Part shown: in pieces, positions 20,101 to 27,940 of the stretch | How positions within the stretch are numbered: position 1 is the stretch's first letter | Layout: each line of letters starts with the position of its first letter | NCBI GenBank assembly: GCA_965661285.1 | Contig: CBFIDD010000001.1 | Span: 160,001 to 224,000, forward strand | Length of the DNA: 64,000 nucleotides | Source: Poseidonia sp. | GTDB taxonomy: Archaea > Thermoplasmatota > Poseidoniia > Poseidoniales > Poseidoniaceae | Reading direction: 5' to 3' | Program-made: the position numbers and the translations under genes | Notes under the pieces: model-generated | Databases searched by the model: none | What the model saw: only the letters and a program-made list of their open reading frames with translations | What the model was told of the DNA's origin: nothing

Positions 20101-22254
20101 CAGAACCGTTGTCGCGTCGAGCATCGCACCCTCTTCTAGCAGCACCGTGCTCGAGGTCTGCAGACGGACCACCTCAACGGTCAATCCACCGCGTTGGTCG
20201 GCCATAAACGGCAGAGGAATCGCCTGCATGCCGCCGGCGTTGGCAACAGAGGTGCGAGCCTCATTCACGCCCATGACAAAGGCGGAATCGGCACCGGCCA
20301 CGAGGTTGTGCGTGGCGTTGTAGGTCGCCCGCAGTCCTGCGAGCACCGTGACGCCGTTTCCGGACACCTCGATGCGGGCTTCGGTGAAGTCCGTGCCGAG
20401 GATGTCGACGGCGTTGCCGGTGTTGGCGAGGGCGTGGGTGAAGTCGGCCAATTCACTGGCGCTGAGATGGAACAAACCTGCGGTGGTCGTGTCGGTGGTA
20501 CGGTTGGTGATCAACGTGTTTTGAACGAAGAGCGCAATCTCCAGCACGGTGCCTGCTTCTGCGGCATAACCGAAGCCGAAGGACGTCAAATCGTTGGCCG
20601 GCACCAGCAACCGGGTGTCGGTGGGAGCACCTGAGGTCAGCGACAATGACACGCGCTCCTCACCGTTGGCGAAGCGGTCCTGCCAGCCCCACGTGCCGAT
20701 GCGAGCATCCTCCCCGCCCCATTCATAGCGCTCGTCAAGATTGAAGTCAAGGGTCGGGCGTGCGGGGTGCTGCCCTCCGAACATGTCCAGTGCGAGGTCT
20801 TCAACGTTCCAGACGGTGAAGTTGCTCATGTTGCCGTCGGCCGGGAGAATGGAAACCACCCGTGCCTGCATGCCAACGCTGTACTGGTCGAGCGTGGGAA
20901 CGAAGGGCAACGAGACGTTCATCCACGGCTCATCGGGATGGAAGCGTGCCTGAACCTGTCCGTTGGTAACCGTGCCGGAGAGACCAGCATCGTAAAGCGG
21001 CCCGCTGGCCAGGACCCACGGTGATGTAAGGGTCGAGTTCCCGTCCAAACCCACCACGCCAATGCCCGGCGTGTAGGTGGCGTTGGTCATCGTCCAGCCC
21101 CGCTTGGCAGGGTCGGTGATGAAGGATTCGCGCGCAGCACCGTCGCCAGCGATGCTGTGGACCTCTGGCATGCCCGCTGCGCTCCCTTTGAATTCAAGAT
21201 GAAGGCGGAACTGGTCGACAAGGTCATGGTCGAGCAGGTTGATCGGCACGATGAAGTCGTTGGAGCCCTCCATCCCCGGGATGACTTCACCCGCCGGGTT
21301 GAGCACCGACCAGTTGAGGTAAGCGTCCGTGGGAACATTGGCTTGAATGTACAGCGGTGCATAGGTGTCGTCGGCGAGAAGTTGGGTCGAACCCGTCTTG
21401 TGGCCGAGGGAAGGGCTTGTCCAGTTGGACTCAGGTGGGGTCGCGATGTGGACGTCGTCAACAAACCAGTAATCGCAGCAGGTGCTGCTCCCGCTTGTTT
21501 GATGGATACGGAATTGCGAGCTGCTGTGAATCGCCGCAGCCGGGAGCGTGGTCATGAACTGGAAGTTTGAGGTCTGCGAGCCACCGCCACTGAAGGTTTG
21601 GAAGGTCGTCCATCCACCGGCGGCCGACTTATACTGGAACTGAAGGTTCTCACCGCTGTCAGGTGTTTCACCGCAACCAGAGCGCCCCTCGTGCACCCAT
21701 GCATGGAAGGGAATGTTCGCCCCGCCGGCCAGGTTTACCACGGGTGATGTCCCGTAGGTTGAGCCGGCGTAGGTTCGCAAGGAGCCGCCTGAAGAACCGT
21801 TGTAACCGCAGGCAGGCGAACTCACGCGAGCGGTGTAGGAGTTCGAGAAGGTCCAACCTTGGTTGTTGGTGTTGAAGTCCCACAGAATGCCCGGGGAAGA
21901 ACCCGTCAACACACCGCTGGAAGAGGTTGAGCCGTTGGAGATTGCATCGGGGTGGTTCCAGTGGCTGTCACTTTCCCAGACGAAACCCGACTGGGTCGGT
22001 AGAATCCGAGGCGTGAAGTTCATCTCAGCGTTTACCAAAGGTTCACCGTAAGGAAGGTCGAGTTTGAACATCGTGTTGGGCGAGGTTGTCAACGTAAGGT
22101 TGACCTCATCGCCCTGACCGGCTTGCAGGACCGCTGTTTCTTCTGCGAGGCGGAGGGGCTGGGAGCCGGCTGGAGCGACCACGCTCAGCCAACTGCTCAT
22201 GACAAAAAGCACGACCAAACCAAAGGCCTGTGCATGGGCACGCCTACCCGCCAT
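17155..22254 (-). CDS. Giant single-pass surface protein with reelin-like domain and Trp-rich cytoplasmic tail
   Basis: Signal peptide; 1699 aa beta-rich ectodomain; TM then RR stop-transfer; acidic linker; DGYWWYHDKATNEWWY tail. Confidence 0.8.
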   Translation of the reverse strand: MAGRRAHAQAFGLVVLFVMSSWLSVVAPAGSQPLRLAEETAVLQAGQGDEVNLTLTTSPNTMFKLDLPYGEPLVNAEMNFTPRILPTQSGFVWESDSHWNHPDAISNGSTSSSGVLTGSSPGILWDFNTNNQGWTFSNSYTARVSSPACGYNGSSGGSLRTYAGSTYGTSPVVNLAGGANIPFHAWVHEGRSGCGETPDSGENLQFQYKSAAGGWTTFQTFSGGGSQTSNFQFMTTLPAAAIHSSSQFRIHQTSGSSTCCDYWFVDDVHIATPPESNWTSPSLGHKTGSTQLLADDTYAPLYIQANVPTDAYLNWSVLNPAGEVIPGMEGSNDFIVPINLLDHDLVDQFRLHLEFKGSAAGMPEVHSIAGDGAARESFITDPAKRGWTMTNATYTPGIGVVGLDGNSTLTSPWVLASGPLYDAGLSGTVTNGQVQARFHPDEPWMNVSLPFVPTLDQYSVGMQARVVSILPADGNMSNFTVWNVEDLALDMFGGQHPARPTLDFNLDERYEWGGEDARIGTWGWQDRFANGEERVSLSLTSGAPTDTRLLVPANDLTSFGFGYAAEAGTVLEIALFVQNTLITNRTTDTTTAGLFHLSASELADFTHALANTGNAVDILGTDFTEARIEVSGNGVTVLAGLRATYNATHNLVAGADSAFVMGVNEARTSVANAGGMQAIPLPFMADQRGGLTVEVVRLQTSSTVLLEEGAMLDATTVLTPSKEWQTISSTYQVIGGSITHHRLDVYSKATQATLLFPADGGGPSGLGDADLIELHPTDAITIAEDGTSVTTNITFRLRPTWDDETQLTATSRLVMQSGVISIPFSHTWGGLSTQGYENDLELKSVVFSEDGVAMSPTRQYLRGGESMNVSIAVGFEDVSDPRGFVDGDAELTLYRDGVAVRNTTSLDGAYWNFTENIPFTYGDVEWEVGLVSLNGSSVIEPSVISRTFTVDSVKPRVTETSMYRYDHRTPSPTQVMQVTILDQPVLPNAMTAMVWKEWDDDANMNGWPDEGEFNPVSMLLPSDLTALTGVYTLMIDDTDGTLGQKVAVYLEGTDPSGYAIQDGGSAEEGEQLFVYQLAIDGAPELAPDAFAWADGRMSWLHPAQPYELNVKISEPNGGSDLSTVEVMLASNQGSDPMSIEWAFDTGQCTTTSTHVFIDQCTMLGANGVADPYEEDLVLNIHLHFGWNTPDLGENRREPAILVVDRAGQEEMRNFPEHRWRFSAGLEIPEESVNLHLTRGSFLGDGARVTPLTPMEISGGLVFAETSSVPDFACQVDILFAGQTYGATATDGIWSIALNAPATSGSVPMTWEVGCLEGQGIDLTDQESSVKWIVVDGTGPEPQEVLSPRPRAILGGEAHEVRVVVQELGGLDLQSLELVWQVEDFETGDVIRSGREPLSLEGEELDGLRLELYTEMNLSEITNEMLIDRMEVKISIAGRDLAGNAVTGLGGNLNNPFLATWNMEWLQPKFTVAPSALTYSRLLLDVGETTSVQLEVENIGSLQGEIGVVIETVDTTGQRTLIQRTAVDAEAGAIGLLAVDWQPEVPGVQWVEATLDNGMTVSGPNVDVRVAEEPSFSQKLFGDVNPVIGSLTGLLLVAVVVMLLTWMRRMTVNSGSRSEFDWDEYSSEFEDDDDEYDVPEETSAAATSATAVATTTASEASSGEEETDWVMGSDGYWWYHDKATNEWWYKDANGEIVKHP

Positions 22255-22277
22255 GGTCGTTGGTGGTCATCAAAGGA

Positions 22278-22283
22278 CTTGAA
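22278..22283 (-). promoter_or_regulatory. TATA-like box TTCAAG for the 22254 gene
   Basis: Begins 29 nt before the ATG, the same spacing as many other genes in the window. Confidence 0.55.
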
Positions 22284-22395
22284 GGATGCCCCTCTCGTTT
22301 TCCCCGGAAAATGATTCCAGCGGTTTTATGCCTTGGTTTTCCCAAAGGCGCAAACCCGGTCGAGTCGGGAAAAATGAACAAGATGTGGAGTAGTG

Positions 22396-22402
22396 TTCAA
22401 AA
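22396..22402 (+). promoter_or_regulatory. TATA-like box TTCAAAA for ileS
   Basis: Begins 29 nt before ATG 22425. Confidence 0.55.
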
Positions 22403-22424
22403 CCGCGTCCTCGTTCGGTGAACC

Positions 22425-25400
22425 ATGGCTCAACCCTCATCAGCAGGTGAATTGAATGCCGTGGATTTGGAAACGGGACTTTTGGAGCAGTGGGCGTCCG
22501 AGAACACCTTCCAATCGTCCATTGACGGGCGTCGCAACAACGCCCCGTTCATCTTCCTTGAAGGACCACCCACCGCCAACGGGAAACCGGGCATTCACCA
22601 CGTCGTGGCTCGCACCTACAAGGACCTCGTGTGCCGGTGGAAGGCGATGGAAGGCTTCCTCGTGGAGCGAAAAGGCGGCTGGGACACGCACGGCTTGCCC
22701 GTGGAAATTGAGGTTCAGAAACGCCTCGACCTGATGAGCAACGAAGCTATCGAAGCCTTTGGCATGGCGGAATTTAACCAGGCCTGTCGTGAATCCGTCT
22801 GGACTTACGAAGCGGCCTGGCGAGAGATGACGGAGCGCATGGCGTACTGGGTTGACCTAGACAACCCCTACGTGACCTTGCACAACGATTACGTTGAATC
22901 AGCGTGGTGGGCCTTGAAACAGATGTTCGACAAGGGGCTTCTCTATCGAGGACACAAAGTGCTTCCCTACTGCCCCCAAACGGGAACATCGTATTCAAGC
23001 CACGAAGTCGCCCTCGGCTACAAAGAAGTCGAAGAGCCATCGGTCTACGTCAAATTCAAGCTGACCGATGATGACGCGTCAATTCTTGCTTGGACAACCA
23101 CGCCTTGGACGCTCCCTGGAAACGTTGGCTTGGCCGTTGGGCCCGATGTCACCTATGCTCGATGCCGCATCAAGGAAGCGGCGGGTGAGGCATGGACCGG
23201 TGCCGGTGGTGCCGATGTTGGCGAAGAGGTCATCTTGGCCAAGGACCTGATGAAGGAGGTGCTTCGCCACCATGTCGACATCATCGAAGAATTCCCGGGC
23301 TCCGAACTGGTTGGACGCTCCTACGAGCCGCTGTTCCCCGAGGCCGTCCCCCGAGGCGATTCCACCACCGCTTGGACGGTGCTGGCTGCCGATTGGGTCA
23401 CCACGACCGACGGTACCGGCGTGGTTCACACCGCGGTCATGTACGGTGAGGACGACTACAATCTCGGCATGGAAGCAGGGCTGCCCGCCCACCACACCGT
23501 GGGCATTGACGGCGCCTTTGTTGCCGGCACCCACCCTGAATTGGACGGCAAGTATGTCAAATCGTGCGACCAGACCATCATCGACCTGCTCAGTGCCCCC
23601 AAAGGAAGCAACGGTTCAGGTCCCGAAAGCGGTCTTCTCTACCGAGAACAGGCGTACCTCCACGACTACCCGCACTGCTGGCGCACCGACCATCCTCTGC
23701 TCTACTATGCCATGGATTCTTGGTTTGTCCGCATGACTGCGGTAAAGGAGAATCTGTTGAAATTCAACGACCAGGTTGAGTGGGCCCCCGATTGGGTCGG
23801 CGAAGGCCGGTTTGGAGAGTGGCTGCGCAACGTGAAGGACTGGGCCATTTCCCGAGAACGCTACTGGGGCACCCCACTGCCCGTATGGCGGAGCGAAAGC
23901 GGTGAAATGAAGTGCGTTGGTTCAATTCAGGAACTCCAAGAAGAAGTGACCAAAGCCGTAGCGGCAGGGTTTGACAATCCCGACTGCCCCGATGATGTTG
24001 ACCTCCATCGGCCCGTCGTTGACGGCTTCACCCTCGTGTCCCCGACCGGTGCGCCCATGAAGCGGGAGCCGTTTGTCATGGATTGCTGGTTTGATTCCGG
24101 CTGTGCCCCCTTTGCGCAGTGGCACCATCCCTTTGACAACGAAGCGACGTTCAACGCCTCCTTCCCCGTGGACTACATCTGCGAAGGGGTTGACCAAACC
24201 CGAGGCTGGTTCTACACGCTGCTGGCCGTATCGGCGACCGTGTTTGACAACATGGCCTACAAGCGATGCCTTTCGCTGGGGTTGATCCTCGACGCTGAGG
24301 GCAAAAAGATGTCCAAATCACGAGGAAACATCGTCGACCCGTGGGACCATTTCAACCGTGAAGGGGCCGACGCCACCCGCTGGTACATGGTCACCGCTGG
24401 CGCCCCGTGGAACCCCATGAAGTTCGACCCCAACGGTGTTCGAGAAACCTACGCAAAGATGTTCCTGACGACGTGGAACGTGTACAAATTCCACGCAGAC
24501 TATGCAGCACTTGACGGCTTTGACCCGGATGCACAACACGTTCCTGTGGACCAACGCAGCGCCCTTGACCGGTGGATTCTCTCTCGCCTCCACACCGTCG
24601 CCAAAGCCTACCACGACAATTTCACCAACTGGCAGTTCCACAAGGCCTGTCGAGACCTTGAAGATTTCATGGTCAACGATGTCTCAAACTGGTACGTGCG
24701 ACGCAGCCGTCGCCGCCTGTGGGACGAGGCTGACAGCAACGACAAACTGGCATGTCAGCACACGCTCCACGACGTGCTCGAAACCGTGTGCAAGTTGGTG
24801 GCACCCGTCTCGCCCTTCATGGTCGACCACATTCACCGCAACCTCACCGGCGCATCGGTTCACACCGCCGACTGGCCGCTGGGCGTGCCCGGTGGCCTCG
24901 AAGGCGCCACCGCCGATGCGTGGGACGAAGACGCGGCGATGGCCACCGCCGTGCTGCCTCCTCAAGACCTCACCCTTGAATCCACAATGGCGCTGGTCCG
25001 AGAGTTGGCCGAAGCGGGACGACGCATCCGCATCGACGGAGGGCGACGGCAACGTCTGCCGTGTGCCCAAGGTTGGATCGTTGCAGGCCCAGATCTTTCA
25101 GCCTTCCACGATTTGCTCGCAGAGGAACTGAACGTCGAATCCATCCTGGTCGAAGACGACCTCGACCGGTTTCAGCAGATTGAACTGGCTCCAAATTTCC
25201 GTGCCCTTGCCCCCAAGGCCAGAGCGGATGTGAACAATGTCGCCAATGCCATACGCACGGCGGAAGACCCTGTCGCTTTGTTGGCCTCGATCAACGACGG
25301 TGGCGCGGAGATTCTGGGCGTCATGGTTGAAAGCAGCGATGTGGAAGTCAAGCGTGTTGAGCGAGAAGGGTTTGCCGCACAGACGGTGGAAATGGAAAGT

Positions 25401-25715
25401 GAGGGCGACCAACTTCACGTCAGTCTCGTGCTCGACATGAACGACACCCCCGCACTGCTCTCAAAGGGCATGGCCCGCGATATCGTCCGACGTGTTCAGG
25501 CCAAACGGAAGGACCTGAATCTTGAGATTGAGGCCACCATTGACTTGGAGGTATGGCTGACCAACGCACCCGAATTGCAGAACGATGACGAGGCATGGGT
25601 GGCCACCGAAACCCGTGCGGCTGGCTGCATGTTCCATCCCGAAGGAGCGGAAGCCCCCTCCGACGCTGAACGATTCGAAGTCGACGGCACGACGGTCCAC
25701 TTTACGGTCAAGTGA
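22425..25715 (+). CDS. ileS: Isoleucine--tRNA ligase (type 2-like, GIHH signature)
   Basis: GPPTANG, GWDTHGLP, WTTTPWTLP, DWAISR, EGVDQTRGWF, KMSKS. Confidence 0.97.
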   Translation: MAQPSSAGELNAVDLETGLLEQWASENTFQSSIDGRRNNAPFIFLEGPPTANGKPGIHHVVARTYKDLVCRWKAMEGFLVERKGGWDTHGLPVEIEVQKRLDLMSNEAIEAFGMAEFNQACRESVWTYEAAWREMTERMAYWVDLDNPYVTLHNDYVESAWWALKQMFDKGLLYRGHKVLPYCPQTGTSYSSHEVALGYKEVEEPSVYVKFKLTDDDASILAWTTTPWTLPGNVGLAVGPDVTYARCRIKEAAGEAWTGAGGADVGEEVILAKDLMKEVLRHHVDIIEEFPGSELVGRSYEPLFPEAVPRGDSTTAWTVLAADWVTTTDGTGVVHTAVMYGEDDYNLGMEAGLPAHHTVGIDGAFVAGTHPELDGKYVKSCDQTIIDLLSAPKGSNGSGPESGLLYREQAYLHDYPHCWRTDHPLLYYAMDSWFVRMTAVKENLLKFNDQVEWAPDWVGEGRFGEWLRNVKDWAISRERYWGTPLPVWRSESGEMKCVGSIQELQEEVTKAVAAGFDNPDCPDDVDLHRPVVDGFTLVSPTGAPMKREPFVMDCWFDSGCAPFAQWHHPFDNEATFNASFPVDYICEGVDQTRGWFYTLLAVSATVFDNMAYKRCLSLGLILDAEGKKMSKSRGNIVDPWDHFNREGADATRWYMVTAGAPWNPMKFDPNGVRETYAKMFLTTWNVYKFHADYAALDGFDPDAQHVPVDQRSALDRWILSRLHTVAKAYHDNFTNWQFHKACRDLEDFMVNDVSNWYVRRSRRRLWDEADSNDKLACQHTLHDVLETVCKLVAPVSPFMVDHIHRNLTGASVHTADWPLGVPGGLEGATADAWDEDAAMATAVLPPQDLTLESTMALVRELAEAGRRIRIDGGRRQRLPCAQGWIVAGPDLSAFHDLLAEELNVESILVEDDLDRFQQIELAPNFRALAPKARADVNNVANAIRTAEDPVALLASINDGGAEILGVMVESSDVEVKRVEREGFAAQTVEMESEGDQLHVSLVLDMNDTPALLSKGMARDIVRRVQAKRKDLNLEIEATIDLEVWLTNAPELQNDDEAWVATETRAAGCMFHPEGAEAPSDAERFEVDGTTVHFTVK

Positions 25716-25724
25716 GGCCTTGCT

Positions 25725-26477
25725 GTGCGCATCGTTTCACTCGTACCGAGCCTCACCCTCGCCCTGTTTGATTTCGGATTGGACGCCAATGAGATCGTCG
25801 GCCGCACGCCCTGGTGCATTCACCCCGAACAACGCGTGAGCGATGTCCCCGTGGTTGGCGGAACGAAGACACCCACGCTGTCAAAAATTGAGGCTGCGCA
25901 ACCCGACCTGGTGGTCATGGACAAGGATGAGAATCCAAAGGCGGTGTACGATTGGTGCACAGAGAAGCAGTTCCCCACCTTTGTTTGCCATGTGAAGCAT
26001 CCGCAGGAGGTCCCCGACATGCTGCGGGAACTTGGTCGAGCCGTGCATCGTGTGGACGAAGCAGAACGCTGGGCTACGCAAATCGAAGCCGAGCTTAACA
26101 CGAGCCCCTCGCCCTCAAGCCGCGTTGGGCTCCCGTTGATTTGGCACCAGCCCCTGATGGCAGCCAACGGGAACACCTACGCGGGGAACATGCTGACCTG
26201 TGCGGGATTTCCCGTCCCCAACATCGACCCCGGTGGCACGGGCTATCCCGAAGTTGACGCATCCACCATCGTTGAGCACGGCGTCACCGACCTGTTTCTC
26301 TCCAGTGAACCCCACGAATTCACAACCGAAGAAGGGGATACTCTGTTCAAGCAATTGCGTGACCTCACGCCGCGACCACCACAAATTCACTACATTGACG
26401 GCGAAGACCTGACCTGGATGGGAACGCGAACGCTTTCGGGCTTGAAGCGTCTTCGCAAAACATGGGGTGCATCGTAG
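25725..26477 (+). CDS. Helical-backbone metal receptor (BtuF/TroA-like), no signal peptide
   Basis: RIVSLVPS, GRTPWCIHP, VGGTKTP, LSSEP, IDGE. Confidence 0.8.
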   Translation: MRIVSLVPSLTLALFDFGLDANEIVGRTPWCIHPEQRVSDVPVVGGTKTPTLSKIEAAQPDLVVMDKDENPKAVYDWCTEKQFPTFVCHVKHPQEVPDMLRELGRAVHRVDEAERWATQIEAELNTSPSPSSRVGLPLIWHQPLMAANGNTYAGNMLTCAGFPVPNIDPGGTGYPEVDASTIVEHGVTDLFLSSEPHEFTTEEGDTLFKQLRDLTPRPPQIHYIDGEDLTWMGTRTLSGLKRLRKTWGAS

Positions 26478-26544
26478 TCGGCCGTCCTCCGAGCCATGCA
26501 TCACGAAGCGACGCCTTCAAATTACGCCCAAGCGAGGCATCACC

Positions 26545-27939
26545 ATGCGCCGATGCCTCCCCGTGTTCGCCATGGCGCTGTCGATGTTGCTCGCTGGATG
26601 CTTCGGCGACGGCAGCGGTACGGTGGCCGATGAGCCAGAAGCGGCGATTTGGGAATCCTACGAACGTGTTGATGACCAACCCCACGAAGTTGAGAGAATC
26701 TTCACCACCATGGATTTGCGAACAAATCAAACAACCAACACCACATGGGCGGTGTTCGACGCATCGTACGGTGGAAATTGTTGCGAGCACTACCTCGCAA
26801 CCGACATCGACGGCCAAATCCTCAACATCGGTGGCGAATACCCTGTCTTCTCAACCGACCGAGGACACATGTGGGACACCTACATTCCTCCTGCGTTGCC
26901 CGACCAGCAATGCCGCACCTTTGTTCCGACCAACCCCGGCCAAGAAGGGCTTGGGGAGGGAAGCATCGTCCAAGCCACAAACGGTGACATCATCTCCATG
27001 TCGTGGTTCCCCTACATCGGTGGCGACCTGAAGTTGGACAAGTTCTACGCCATCCTCTATGACGAATCCGAAGGCGAATGGAAGTGGTGCTACAACCGCA
27101 TCACAGAACCCTTCTACGACCGCTCCTGGCAGGTTGAGGTCATCGGCCCGATTTCGTCCTCCATCGGCGACGGCGAATGGGCCAGTATCGTGGTCTCGAA
27201 CTTCTGGCACCAAACGCAAAACGCAGGCGGACAGATCAGCGTTGACGGTTTGAACTACTATCCATTCCAGTTCCCTGGACGAGACGGCGGCGACCCCGTC
27301 ATCGAACTTGACCTCGATTTCAGCGATGCTGACCTTCCCGCCTACTGGGACGTCAACAAACCGCACAAAGAAATGCGAGCCTTCTCCATCCCGAGCGGCG
27401 GACTCCTCTTCCCGGCCTACTACAACAACGGGAACGCCGCGTACATGGACACGACGTTGTCGTGGAACGAACTGGAGGTCCAATTCCCATCCGAATACTG
27501 CCAAATTGACCGCACCGGTACGCTGCACTGTGTCGCCAACACCGGCACCACCTTCACCCACTACATGTCCACCGACGGCGCCCAAACATGGTCAAATTAC
27601 ACCTATTCACTCGACGCCAAAGCCTCCCAAATCGAGGAGTGGGAATTCCAAGCCAACGGCGAATTGGACCTCTTCATCCTCAATGTTCGCTATCAATCCA
27701 CGGACGGACCCGATGTTGACACCGTCTACCATGTTCGAGGGTACTCCGAAGACATGTCGCCTGACACCCTCACCTACATTGGCCAGGGTGACCTTGACTC
27801 CACGTCTGGAGCCGGTAACGACATTCGGTTTGACTTTGCATCACTCGCGATTCTCAACGACGGTGGAGTGGTCGTGGCCTATCACGATTCAACCGACCCC
27901 GACCCGCTCTTTGCGGTCGAATTGGAGCTGCCGGCGTGA
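26545..27939 (+). CDS. Lipoprotein with BNR/Asp-box repeats (sialidase-like propeller)
   Basis: Lipobox LAGC; STDRGHMW, SVDGLNY, STDGAQTW; start re-called at 26545. Confidence 0.7.
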   Translation: MRRCLPVFAMALSMLLAGCFGDGSGTVADEPEAAIWESYERVDDQPHEVERIFTTMDLRTNQTTNTTWAVFDASYGGNCCEHYLATDIDGQILNIGGEYPVFSTDRGHMWDTYIPPALPDQQCRTFVPTNPGQEGLGEGSIVQATNGDIISMSWFPYIGGDLKLDKFYAILYDESEGEWKWCYNRITEPFYDRSWQVEVIGPISSSIGDGEWASIVVSNFWHQTQNAGGQISVDGLNYYPFQFPGRDGGDPVIELDLDFSDADLPAYWDVNKPHKEMRAFSIPSGGLLFPAYYNNGNAAYMDTTLSWNELEVQFPSEYCQIDRTGTLHCVANTGTTFTHYMSTDGAQTWSNYTYSLDAKASQIEEWEFQANGELDLFILNVRYQSTDGPDVDTVYHVRGYSEDMSPDTLTYIGQGDLDSTSGAGNDIRFDFASLAILNDGGVVVAYHDSTDPDPLFAVELELPA

Positions 27940-27940
27940 T

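Noticed and set aside
22320-22406. tRNA gene
   Set aside because: No T-loop or D-loop consensus and no 7-nt anticodon loop; kept only as a low-interest structure
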